A stretch of 50,777 bases of DNA, the filler included, from Catajapyx aquilonaris (Eukaryota): NCBI GenBank assembly GCA_000934665.2. It is 2 parts of 2 records of this genome, joined end to end, with 100 filler letters (N's around TTAATTAATTAA, not from the genome) between each part and the next. Parts side by side here need not be neighbours in the genome. Positions count along the whole stretch, not along the records: positions 25,443 to 50,777 come from KZ539342.1; 1 more part is not named here. One strand, 5' to 3'. The notes below the pieces were generated by a model. That model was not told the origin of the DNA. It saw nothing but the letters and a program-made list of their open reading frames with translations, and searched no databases. Within the stretch, counting starts at the first letter, position 1. Each line of letters starts with the position of its first letter. This document shows positions 33,800 to 45,384 of the stretch, piece by piece. A program made the translations under genes and the position numbers.

Positions 33800-35737
33800 T
33801 TATGGCAGTACGATGTCATTTATTGTGCGGGTGTGCAGATTATTAGAATTGCACATTTTAACGCACGATTCAACCAGAAACGCAGCAATAGCAAGGGACC
33901 ATCCAATCGGCAACAGCAAAAATGAACTATGCAGATTCCCAAACTCGAGAGGCGTTGGCCCACCCTCGTATCCGGTGTGCTCCTCTTCCCTGGCCGTGGC
34001 CAAACCCCGCCTGAAGAACATGTCTCCACTCACTCTGATGGAATAGCCGATGAGTCCTCCTTGCACCAAGGCCTTGACCACTTCGTTGTAAGTCCCTCGG
34101 ATGACAGAGTCCTTACGAAAGGTTGAACCGGAATACATGAAGAATTCTCTGGCCGGTGCCAGCACAAGAAGATCCTTTCCGTCTCTATCGACATATGATG
34201 CAGATTTGATTTCCAGAATCAGGGAGAAGGAAATGCAGGCAGTTCGCTTCACCAAGCACTGCTTCATGCAATCATACTCGTCTGCAAGAGTCTCGCTGTT
34301 GTCGAACAAGTCTGTGTAGAGTTGGATATTCGCGTCTTTAATGTACGACTGCAGCATTAAGTTGTGGCCATACGGTATTGCCGTTTGGTACGAAGACGAC
34401 GGTATGTCTTGAAACGATTGTGGCAACGTTTCTCTCACGGGTATGGTCAGGAAGGAGAACAGCATCTCCCTGTATCCGCAACCCACCACCATAGCCAGGT
34501 AGAGCCAGAAGGCGAAAAACAAGCGGTAAGAGTCACTGCTTGGCAAAACATCCGGATTCTGCTCAATCAGTGACCGTGCACAATGAGACAAAGATGACAT
34601 GAACGCAGACCTAAAGTCTCCTTTAAGCACTGCTGCCAGGAATAGGGCAGACAACAATAGTGATGCGAATATGAGGCTCCATATTCCGTAGCTGAACGGA
34701 CGAATCACCCCTTCCCACGATGCCACTTCAATCACTCGAGGTCTCCCTGTCACGAACCGCATTGTCACGAAATATATCGGATACGAAAAGTCCACAAACT
34801 TCAGGCTCTCATCCCAGCTCTTGGACATGTAGGACATGTCGCACTTGCCTTTCAACAAATGATCCACCGACCCAACAAATGAGCCATTGTCCAGACGTTC
34901 GTCCAGCATCTCAAACTGTTCCATCAGGTCTGTAGTGTACACAAAGTTCATCTTGGTGGCGATCCAGTAGAAGATGAGGAGATGGCTGTCTAGATTCCTG
35001 GGCCCATCAGGTTTGATGTAGGCCGATTTGACCTCGTCAAAGTTCATTCGGTGGATAAAAGCGACCCGGATTGCCCTTCCACCCAGGTCAAGGGTCATGT
35101 CCGGAAAGATCTCCATGCCTGTGTTGAAGTAGGTGGCATCTCCGTGGTAGGAAGGGAGACTGACCAATCTGGGACGTCCTTCATCGCAAAAGAAGCACAC
35201 GGTCAGAGGACGGATAGCACGGGCAGCAGTGACCTCCAACCCAAGTTTGAACTTGAACCCAGCGAGCGGTCCTCTCAGCAGAGTGGCCTTGAGTTCACCC
35301 GACCTGAGCCAGACAAGGAGGATGTCCTGGTCCAGCTGAACTCTGACCTGCCGTCTCATGTGGGTCAGAAGTGGACCGAAAGAGTCAAGGTCACGACTGG
35401 TGACCAAATGCACCGTGCATCTGCCCACTTTCTGACTCGAGTATGTCTCCAGTTCAACTTCAGGGAAGGGATTCTCTTCTGCCCAGCCAGTCATGTGGAT
35501 GACCACCTGATAGTCCTCATTGAGTCGGGTCAGCGGCCACCTCTCTGGATTGTTGTACTTGGCAAAATCATGGGCGAAGACCAGCACACAGTCTGGGTAC
35601 ATGTGGTGCATCAGTCCGCGAAGAAATGTCGAAACCACATATATTTCTAGTTCCATTCGGGTGACGTTTCTAAGCCAAAGTTCATGGGATGTCCCCCAAA
35701 TCACGAGTGACCAGATAAGGATAGCAGGAAGAGACAT
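33800..35737 (-). CDS. intronless divergent ionotropic receptor (iGluR-related chemoreceptor), about 645 aa
   Basis: Signal-peptide-like start MSLPAILIWSLVIWG; the ATG at 35737 gives the same length as the paralogue. S1 lobe NGSFVGSVDHLLKGKCD/VDFSYP, IRPFSYGIW before M1, pore-region SYRLFFAFWLYLAMVVGCGY, S2 with LVQGGLI, and PLEFGNLHSSF before the last TM. Confidence 0.9.
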   Translation of the reverse strand: MSLPAILIWSLVIWGTSHELWLRNVTRMELEIYVVSTFLRGLMHHMYPDCVLVFAHDFAKYNNPERWPLTRLNEDYQVVIHMTGWAEENPFPEVELETYSSQKVGRCTVHLVTSRDLDSFGPLLTHMRRQVRVQLDQDILLVWLRSGELKATLLRGPLAGFKFKLGLEVTAARAIRPLTVCFFCDEGRPRLVSLPSYHGDATYFNTGMEIFPDMTLDLGGRAIRVAFIHRMNFDEVKSAYIKPDGPRNLDSHLLIFYWIATKMNFVYTTDLMEQFEMLDERLDNGSFVGSVDHLLKGKCDMSYMSKSWDESLKFVDFSYPIYFVTMRFVTGRPRVIEVASWEGVIRPFSYGIWSLIFASLLLSALFLAAVLKGDFRSAFMSSLSHCARSLIEQNPDVLPSSDSYRLFFAFWLYLAMVVGCGYREMLFSFLTIPVRETLPQSFQDIPSSSYQTAIPYGHNLMLQSYIKDANIQLYTDLFDNSETLADEYDCMKQCLVKRTACISFSLILEIKSASYVDRDGKDLLVLAPAREFFMYSGSTFRKDSVIRGTYNEVVKALVQGGLIGYSIRVSGDMFFRRGLATAREEEHTGYEGGPTPLEFGNLHSSFLLLPIGWSLAIAAFLVESCVKMCNSNNLHTRTINDIVLP

Positions 35738-36412
35738 TTTCTCTAATGATGAAGCTTCTAGGAGGGCATAGGCTGCACTACACGACCGAGTCTGATGCGA
35801 TATAAACCTCAAGTTATACATAATATTGAAAATTTTCACATGCTTCGGCAGCTGCACTCCAATGAATCACTATATCACCGCACCGTAATAACGACTACAT
35901 TTTAAGGAGGGTCAAGGCTACTGAAATTTTATCCTGAGTAGCTGTTTTGGCAATAAATTCCTGACGTGTCCAACACTATAATGACTTTAACAATAACGAA
36001 TCAATGGCTTGGACAGAGCAAGATTATTTATTGCCAGGGAGCACTTAATTCATGGACAATAAGAGCATGACTCTGCTCTCGTTACAATGGCTGGACGGGA
36101 GAAGTATGGCGACTTTGACATTATTATTGTAGGTCAAGTTTATCATTGGTTTTTAGTTCATGTGAGTTAAGTTATAGGTATGTGTGGGTACAAAAGGCAG
36201 TACAAAAAAGGGAATAAGTCATGTAGCCTACATTAACGACAAATATGGGCTAAATCATGGTACATTTTGCATTTAAATTCTGTCTCATTTTTGTCCCTAT
36301 ATGTTCGCATTCATCTGGAATACTAGATGCAGCATATAACTCACACGTTAAAGAGTCATATTACTATTATTTACTAAGGATGTTCCACACGTATGTTGCT
36401 AGTCATTTAAGA

Positions 36413-38350
36413 TTAAAGCAGCTTGATGTTACAGTTTGTGCAATAGTGCTGCTTGCTGATATTACTCAGTGTTCCGCAAAATTCAACCAGAAACTCGGCG
36501 ATAGCAAAGCACCATCCAATCGGCAGAAGCAAGAAGGAACTGTGCAGATTCCCGAACTCGAGAGGATTCGGCGCAACCTCGTCTACTGTGTGTTTATCCT
36601 TCCTGGTATTAGCCAGACCACGTCGGAAAAAGATGTATCTACTCACTTTGAGGGCATAGTCTATAAGTCCTCCTTGCACCAGGCCTTTGACCACTTCGTT
36701 GTACGTCCCTCGGATGACCGAGTCCTTTCGAAATGACGAGCCGGTGTACAATAAGAATCCCTTCGCAGGTGCCAGCACCAGCAGATCATTCCCGTGTCTA
36801 TCAACATACGAGGCCGACTTCATTTCCAGGATCAGTGAAAGAGAAACGCAAGCGGTTCTCTTCACCAAGCACTGCTTCATGCACTCGAATTCGTCGGCAG
36901 GTTTGTCGCTCTTGTCAAACAAGTCTGTGTAGAGCTGGATCTTCGCGTCGTTAACGTATGGCTGGAGCATGATGAAATGGCCATACGGTATTGCGGTTTG
37001 GTACGGAGAAGACGGTAAGTCCTGGAAGGATTGTGGCAACGTTTCTCTCACGGGTATGGTCAGGAAGGAGAACAGCATCTCCCTGTATCCGCAACCCACC
37101 ACCATAGCCAGGTAGAGCCAGAATGCGAAAAACAAGCGGTAAGAGTCACTACTTGGCAAAACATCCGGATTCTGCTCAATCAGTGATCTAGCACAATGAG
37201 ACAAAGATGACATGAAGGCAGACCTAAAGTCTCCTTTAAGCACTGCTGCCAGGAATAGGGCAGACAACAACAGTGTTGCAAATATGAGGCTCCATATTCC
37301 GTAGCTGAACGGACGAATCACACCTTCCCACGATGCCACTTCAATCACTGGAGGCTTCCCAGTCACGAACCGCATTGTCGTGAAGTAAATGGGAGACGCA
37401 AAGTCCACAAACTTCAGACTTTCATTCCAGCTCCTGGACAAGTAGGCCACGTCGCACTTGCCCTTCAGCAAGTGATCCACCGACCCAATGAACGATCCAT
37501 TGTCCTTACGTTTCTCCAGCATATCAGCCGGTTTCATAAGGTGAGTCGTAGACACAAAGTTCATCTTGGTGGCTATCCAGTAGAAGATGAGGCTGTCTCT
37601 GTCTATGTTTCTATGTCCATCAGGTGCGACATACGCCGCCTTGATCTGATCATAGTCCATTAGGTGGATAAATGCCACCCGGATTGCCCTTCCACGCAGG
37701 TCAAGGGTCATGTCCGGAAAGATTTCCATACCTGTGTTGAAATAGATGTCATCTCCGTGGTAGGAAGGGAAGCTGACCAATCTGGGACGTCCCTCATCGC
37801 AAAAGAAGCACACGGTCAGAGGACGGATAGCACGGGCAGCAGTGACCTCCAACCCAAGTTTGAACTTGAACCCAGTGAGCGGTCCTCTCAGCAGAGTGGC
37901 CTTGAGGTCACCCGACCTGAGCCAGACCATGAGGAAGTCTTGGTCCAGCTGAACTCTGACCTGCCTTCTCATGTGGGTGAAAAGTGGACCGAAAGAGTCG
38001 ACGTCACGACTGGTGGCAAAATGCACAGTGCATCTGCCCACTTTCTGACTGGAGTATGTCTCCAGTTCCATTTGATGGTCGGGACTTTCTTCTGCCCATC
38101 CCGTCATGTGGAAGACCACCCTGTAGTCCTCATTGAGGCGGGTCAGCGGCCACTTCTCTGGAGAGTTGTACCTGGCAAAATCGTGGGCGAAGACCAGCAC
38201 GCAGTCTGGATGCAGGTGGTGCATCAGACCACGAAGAAATGTCGAAACCACTTCTGTTTCTTGTTCCATTCGGATGCCGCTTCTTAGCCGAATATTATGA
38301 GATGACCCCAAAGCCGTTAGTGACCAGAAAGTGAACGCTGCAAAAGCCAT
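36413..38350 (-). CDS. intronless divergent ionotropic receptor, 645 aa (tandem paralogue)
   Basis: Same architecture as 33800-35737 and colinear with it, in a single uninterrupted ORF. Confidence 0.92.
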   Translation of the reverse strand: MAFAAFTFWSLTALGSSHNIRLRSGIRMEQETEVVSTFLRGLMHHLHPDCVLVFAHDFARYNSPEKWPLTRLNEDYRVVFHMTGWAEESPDHQMELETYSSQKVGRCTVHFATSRDVDSFGPLFTHMRRQVRVQLDQDFLMVWLRSGDLKATLLRGPLTGFKFKLGLEVTAARAIRPLTVCFFCDEGRPRLVSFPSYHGDDIYFNTGMEIFPDMTLDLRGRAIRVAFIHLMDYDQIKAAYVAPDGHRNIDRDSLIFYWIATKMNFVSTTHLMKPADMLEKRKDNGSFIGSVDHLLKGKCDVAYLSRSWNESLKFVDFASPIYFTTMRFVTGKPPVIEVASWEGVIRPFSYGIWSLIFATLLLSALFLAAVLKGDFRSAFMSSLSHCARSLIEQNPDVLPSSDSYRLFFAFWLYLAMVVGCGYREMLFSFLTIPVRETLPQSFQDLPSSPYQTAIPYGHFIMLQPYVNDAKIQLYTDLFDKSDKPADEFECMKQCLVKRTACVSLSLILEMKSASYVDRHGNDLLVLAPAKGFLLYTGSSFRKDSVIRGTYNEVVKGLVQGGLIDYALKVSRYIFFRRGLANTRKDKHTVDEVAPNPLEFGNLHSSFLLLPIGWCFAIAEFLVEFCGTLSNISKQHYCTNCNIKLL

Positions 38351-39931
38351 TTTTTTCCGTAAATATGAGGGTTCTGAGTATAGCTGTATTCTGCACTACA
38401 GCACCGAGTCAGATGCGATATTAGCCTCGTGTTACAGGTATAATAATATGGTTCGGTAGCTATACATGCCAATTTGTCATTCTTATGAACCAAATCAATG
38501 ACTATACATTCTGGCGGGGCCAAGGCGATTGATATTACTTTCTGAGTAGCTGCTTTGGCGATAAATACATGGCACGTCCAACACTGTAACGACTTTAACA
38601 ATACTGAATCAATTGATTGGACAAAGCAAGATTATTTATGGCCAGAGAGAATTTCGCCCACGTTTCAACAATGCAAATGGGCCTATTCATTACAACGCAA
38701 CGGCTAGACGGGAGAAGTAGAGCGCCTCTTTGACCTTCTTATTGCAGGATAATGTTGTCATTAGAGATTAGTTAACATCAGTTCAAGGTAAACATTTCCT
38801 TGAAATCAAAATTCCAACTCCCTTCCTTTTGTTCTCTAATTTTTTTAAACAAAACTGTTCATATGGTGGTGAAAAAGTGTAAGCAAGTTGCTCTCCGAAT
38901 TATTTAGGTTTATGCATGCTGCGTTACCCTGAAGTGCCAAAAGTCATGCGACAGGTACCCTCTAGCCCCGAGAAGTGCTATGCAGCAACTCTATACGTTC
39001 CATTATAGGTTCAGTCATTGAGGTGGGGTGAGAATCTCCCGGGCTATTTGTACCCCCCTCTCCCCCTTGCATTATTAGGTTCAGTTATTCAGGTGAGGTA
39101 AGAATCGCCCGGGCTATTTGTACCCGGGGGGGGGGGGGGGGTACGTTTCGCGCAGGGTACGTTTCGCCCGTTACACCGGAATTAAGCAAGCCCATGCCAT
39201 GGCAGGATGTTGGACTGGTCAATCTGAACAATAATGAATTTTTCAAGTCATATGGTGTCCCGGGGGGAAATGTTTATTAGCAAGCCTCAAAGTGACAGGT
39301 TTAATTGAGCAAAACAATGACAGGAGGACGTCTAGTACGTAGTATACAATGCGTACTATGTACTAGACGGCAATTATATTATGTACTATGTCATAGTACT
39401 GTACATAATATAATAGCCGGCGGGCAGTCTTCTAACATTTATACAATACCGGTACCTCGTGTTTTTCATGTCGGCGCCCGTATTACAATAAGCATGTAAA
39501 TTTATTTGGCGGGGTAATGGGCGTATATTCTTTATTCATCACAACTCTAAGCCATGTGTTATTATTCAATGAGACATAAATTAGGTGGCTGATTATTATT
39601 CTAATAAAAGGCAGATATCTCACTCACACGGACCAACCTTACAAGGGACAACAATGGGTGAACTTTGCGACAATGTGACATCTCTCCCAGCCATGACCAC
39701 GATCAGAGTCATGCACTCTGTTGTGTGGGGATGATTATTATTCGCGCTGCAATCGCACTCTCATTGCGCTGATTTACGATTGCAGTTCAGGCATCGAGAA
39801 TAGGCGAGGAGCTCCAGAATCAACATGACAAACGACCCTAGCAACCATATACAGCAACCAGGTGTTGAACACTGCACAGTCAATTTTATCTGCCATGTAT
39901 GCTCCATGTATGCTCAATGTATGCCATATTT

Positions 39932-40669
39932 TATCAAAAACTTTCCCTTCAGTAAAAAAAAGAGAAGTAAGCCCTCCGCGGCGGAATAAAAGTACTGAAA
40001 CAAGGCAGGCGCACGTAAGACCTTCACCAATTGATTTAAGCTGTACCATAGGTCTTACTCAAGCAATTTCCAATTTACTGCTCATGAAGTCTCCTTTCTG
40101 AAAACAAATTTGTGGAATTTCTGTAGTACTACTAGTTACTTCTAACTTAGCAGTACCAGTGTAGTGCAATGGTACTGCTAAGTTAGCAGTATTAATTTTC
40201 CATGAGCCACTCCATATTAGTGTTTTATGAAATTAGGAACTTCAATATTGAGCTCATTGAATTTCTATGCGATTAGTGCGAATTATTGCCATGAAACATT
40301 CATGCACAATCGTCACCTCTTTTAGATGATGATTTTAACTCTAACGTTTAATTTTTCACATATAAACGTTAATTGGTGAATTTTAGAGGGTCTTTTTCGA
40401 TTGGACCAAGTCTGTTAGGATGGGTTTAGTTTTTCCCCCATTTTTTTCTTTTCCTAATAAAACCCTACATTCTACTCGGAGTAGTTTGTAGCAGTAATTT
40501 TTACGAGCCGCGTTCCATACAGTACTTGAGAATTGCTTGAGTAAGACCTATGGTACAGCTTAAATCAATTGGTGAAGGTCTTACGTGCGCCTGCCTTGTT
40601 TCAGTACTTTTATTCCGCCGCGGAGGTCTTACTTCTTTTTTTTTTTTACTGAAGGGAAATTTTTTGATA
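39932..40669. repeat. about 138-bp inverted repeat pair with 460-bp spacer (probable non-autonomous DNA transposon)
   Basis: 39932-40068 is a near-perfect reverse complement of 40531-40669. Confidence 0.8.
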
Positions 40670-41399
40670 TAATTTCAGTTCTTTTTTGACAGTACACGTA
40701 ACTTATGCTCTACAGTGTCTACACTATACAGTCTGCACTATGAATGCATTGGAGACGATTTTCGTCGCTTAGAAGTCCCTAAAATTATTTTCACAGAGAC
40801 AGTCGTAAAAAAACGAAAGTGGAGTGCTAACAGCCAATGGTTAGTCTGATTTAATTATTATGAAATAGCCTATACGCTAAAATATACGAAACATTGAGAA
40901 CTGTACCAGACGATACAAAAAACACAAAGGTACATTAAAGTTGGGTGAAAACTCAACGGCGACAGTACGACTCGGCGTCGCTCATCTTGTCCTCCGCCAG
41001 CGTGTAGTCAACGGACAGCACTTCCGGAGCCTCGTTCGAACAGGTCACGTACGACTCGGCTGCAGGAACTAGAGACAACTCGTGTTATTGTCGTTGTTGA
41101 CCAGTTCCAGTTTATGCCAACCAACCCGTGTAAGGGATTTGATTATACCCTATATAAATGTGTCCCTACCTAGAATCTCGCTTTTCCGCATATGGGCAAT
41201 GCATCCTTTGATCTGAGCCCTCCTTGCAGCCTTACTCTGTCGCCTTCTCCGACCCATTGTTCCAAGATGTCAAGAAAGACCGAACTTTGGACCGAACCCA
41301 GAGCAGAGGCATAACCTTTGACCCACAACAATATATGAGGTGGTAAACAACAACGGACGTTTCTAGGTGATGGCGTCATGAACAAATGAAGTAATGACA

Positions 41400-41810
41400 G
41401 AAAAAATACGAGGTAAAAAAAAAATCATGCAGCTCCAATCCTGTAGCAGTGGGAACTGTGAGATTTTGAACATAGATCCGCACCATCCCACTGCACCTTC
41501 GGCCCTTTGACGATGAAACCGTATTCCGAATAGTTATTGAGCAAAAAATGGAAACGTATATTTTGGTGGTTTTAAATTTTTTGCGGCGTTTTGAAGAGGA
41601 ATTAAGTAAAAGTGTAAATGGTAGGAAATCAAGTCACGACGGTGGGGATCTGTGTTCAAAATTTGGAAGCTCTACCTACAGCAGAACTTGAGTTAGGGCG
41701 AATAAAAAAAACGTAACAAGAAGAAGAAGAACAACAACAACAACAAGTAGGAAAAATTCATTGTTGAAACGCTATGCTACGGTCTTACTTAAGGGCTATC
41801 GCCCTTAAAA
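41400..41810 (+). mobile_element. possible Helentron/HINE-like non-autonomous element end
   Basis: Internal inverted repeat 41463-41484/41641-41662, (AAG)n(AAC)n microsatellite, and terminal hairpin TAAGGGCTATCGCCCTTA. Confidence 0.35.
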
Positions 41811-43973
41811 TATGGCCATGTATGCAGTATGCCGGTGTACACTTTTTTGGGGAGTGAGTACCCCCTCGGGTCACATCATTTGGGATTTCTCGCTTCTCTG
41901 AAATGAAACGTTTTGCTGGGTGTGATCAATGTGCTGTATAGGTGGTGTTGACTACTTTGTAAAAGGAAGGGAAAAAAGTCACTCCCACAATTTGACTGTT
42001 GGCTAAGATGTGTCCCTGTATGTATTTATACTGTATAATGCGAATTTGTCTCCATTTTAGAGAAGAAGGAGGGGTAAAATAATTCATATCTTGTATCACA
42101 CTAATCACAGTCCATGTGGTATTATATCGCTCAAAATCGTCTCTATGATTTTGAGCGATATAGTACATGCCATTCTTCTAATTGCGACTAGGATATATGC
42201 TATCTGACGCAGCTAACGGCAGCAAAATAATTAACAAATATTAATCTGAAGCTGCAAACGTCACATTTCATGCAAAGTATGGCTATTTTCTTCTGTGATG
42301 TAAAGCGAATGGCCGTAAATTTCATCCTAACCTTTGCAGGAGAATTGTTGCAGACATCCGCATTTAATTCGAGGCCACCTTAAAGCATTATTTTGTAGGT
42401 CGCATATTCCGATCGCAATTTTCAGGGATTGTTTTTGATGTACCACACGCACTGTAATGGCTATAAAAAAGGTCCTCACTATTACTGTCACACATGGGAG
42501 ATTAGGTTGGGAATTCTTGTAGATAGCCCCCCTTCGGATTTAACAAAAAGGGATTTGTACTGTATAACAAGACAACGAGTGTTAGGTTTATTTTTTACAG
42601 TATTATATGGTTGACTTAATAGTAGTGCTTTACTCCACTCTTTCCACTGACAAATAAACTTCTTATTGTGTTGCAGTAAAATATTAGCATACCGTACTGT
42701 ATTAGTTTGGCATATTTTATTACCGTTACCTGGGGCGGCAGAAGAAATCTCACTGGTTAAGGAACATTTTATGGGCTGACCTGGCCTGTGATAGGACCTA
42801 CAAAAAATCTCGCCAAACAAATCAGTCTTTAAAAGTTTAGTTGCAACATGCCAGTATATATGAAAGACCGTCAAAAGGTGCTCGAGTCCTCTTGTTATAC
42901 AGGCAACTTATATCCCCAGCAGAAAGTGTCCCTGACTGCATTGCAATGCAATGAATGCAGTTTTTCCACCTTGCTGCTGTGATGAGACATTAACACATTT
43001 TGCAGCACTGCAGATACTGTTCTTACCTGGGAGGTGAAAGTGATTGGTAGATGCGACACGGTGATTGCCTCATTGCCATATGACATATTCCCACAGTCCC
43101 ACTTCACCGAAAATGTACGGAAATAAATTAAAACTTCCTTACTCAAAATCTGATTACAAAAGCTTTATTTACGTATAATTATGATAAACAGTACAGTACA
43201 ATTGCAACGCCAGATGGGAGTAACGTCCACTCACTTAGAGTAACTCCCATTTGGCGTTACACCCTAATTAATTTCCCAACACCACATCCCAAGTATCTAA
43301 CTCTAGTGTGCTTCTCAAATGCACAGATCAAATCTCACATCAAGGTCAATATTCATCCTCACACCTTTCCCATGCGTCTCTTTTCCATTCCCCAGTTTCT
43401 ACAACAGTCTAATTACGACACAACATACCACATCCTGCCCTGTATCACACCCTCTGTGGGTATCCCTCACTGTGTGCACATCCAAACTGCTTTTCAAGAC
43501 CTCAAAAGGCCCAAACTATTTTGCCTACACTACAACTCGTTCACAAATTAGGCAGCAAGATCCTATACCAATGGCACAATGGGTTCCAGGTGGGTTGAAG
43601 AGTTAAGAGTAACAGGCCCATCACAATTCAGTTACTTTGTTGATATGGCGTGTGATTTGCCCTTAGGCTTTACCATTACCTCTTAACGATCACGTATACT
43701 GTATAATTATAAGGTTGGATAAATATTCATAACATTTTCAATTAACATGTAAGTATAGCTGCTTTTTATATGGTAAAATATAGGCCAATCGTCCTTATCT
43801 TCAGAATACGTGTAAGGGAAAATCTAGGCGATCTTCGGCCAGTAGTACTTGAATTTCAAGTTATTACTTTTGAAAATTAATTTAGGGACTTCTAGAAGAG
43901 TCAAAATGGTTTCCAACACATTCATAGTGTAGAACATGACCGTGTAAGTGTATCTGTTATTATTCGTGAAATA

Positions 43974-44325
43974 ACGGGGAAGGCATGGTGGCCGAGATGG
44001 CAACGTCTCGGCTTGCTATGCGAGAGGTCCCGGGTTCTAATCCCCACCCGGCAGTAAACCTTTCGCTTGCGTCAATGGGTCGTGACCCGCACCTAAGGAT
44101 GCCTCTTGACAACCGAACCTCCTGGGGGACTGCACCTGGCCCACCGCTGGACAATGACCTGCACAAGTGTCCTCTCCCCAAAATCCCCAACCCTTACCCC
44201 ATTTCCTAGTAATCCTTGCTCGAAGAAAAAACCATTAGAAAACTGAATGGTGGTAGGCCACCCCCCTATAACGACCAAGAGATTATATCACGGGGTAAAT
44301 AAAATAATAATAATAATAAATAAAA
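43974..44325 (+). mobile_element. full-length tRNA-derived SINE
   Basis: A-box TGGCCGAGATGG, B-box GGTTCTAATCC, (AAT)n tail, and 13-bp TSD TATTCGTGAAATA at 43961-43973 and 44326-44338. Confidence 0.9.
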
Positions 44326-45163
44326 TATTCGTGAAATATCGTGTCCTTATCTTCAAGAGTTAAGTGCAAGCTAAATCTAGGCGATGGAATCTACAGCGAT
44401 CTTTTTGTTAATGAATTTAGGGACTTCCAGACGAGGAAACTGGTTCCAAACACATACAGTACATAGCATAGACTGATGGAGAATGAACGTGAAAGTATAG
44501 CTGTTATTATTAGTAAAATTTTATTTTTTATCGTCAGAGTACATGTAAGTTTATCAGAAACGAAAATCTTGGCGCTGGCGGTATAGCTGGGGCCAGTGAC
44601 GTAGCCAGCCCCCCCCCCCCCCCCNCCCGAACTCGTGTGGATTAAAAATAATAATGATGTTTTCAAAGTTCCCGTGAACATCGAGAAAAATTTGCAGTTT
44701 TAGCAGTGGAATTTTTTACACGCCTTCCCGGCAACTCACTTCCGTCCAATCTGGCTCGTCTCGGATGTTTTGACTACTTACGGTATATACCAGTGCGGAT
44801 CCAGGTGGGGAGGGGAACCTAGGCTATTATCCAAAAATCGGCGAAAATTACTAATTCATGATTTTTTTGGAAAAAAGTGCTACCGATAATTTCATCAAAT
44901 TCACACCCATTCAAATTTCCCACATTCACCTAAGCTCGTGTGACATTAAATATAAAAAAATCCGCCCTTTACGGTTTATATCCCCCCTCGAAGTTTCTTC
45001 TGCCTAAGTCCCTGTATTTCGCTCATGAAAACCCCATGTGAGATACAGTACTGTAATATCCCTCAAGCCAATAACTCAAGCCACTGCTGTATACGTAGTG
45101 GAAGTGGACACACTGTGCATAACAATTACCGCTCTGCGCTGATTGCCCCCCCCCCCCCCCCCC

Positions 45164-45353
45164 NNNNNNNNNNNNNNNNNNNNNNNNNNNNNNNNNNNNN
45201 NNNNNNNNNNNNNNNNNNNNNNNNNNNNNNNNNNNNNNNNNNNNNNNNNNNNNNNNNNNNNNNNNNNNNNNNNNNNNNNNNNNNNNNNNNNNNNNNNNNN
45301 NNNNNNNNNNNNNNNNNNNNNNNNNNNNNNNNNNNNNNNNNNNNNNNNNNNNN
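45164..45353. other. assembly gap (190 N) between poly-C and poly-G
   Basis: Run of N. Confidence 0.99.
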
Positions 45354-45384
45354 GGGGGGGGGGGCTTAAGCTTCAAAAACCAAA

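Noticed and set aside
35051..35650. About 200-aa plus-strand ORFs in both IR genes (also 37664-38287)
   Set aside because: Antisense shadows conserved only because the sense genes are duplicates.
35738..35857. 40-aa N-terminal extension of the first IR
   Set aside because: Non-ATG start, and the homologous region upstream of the paralogue is not in frame. The ATG at 35737 begins the signal peptide.
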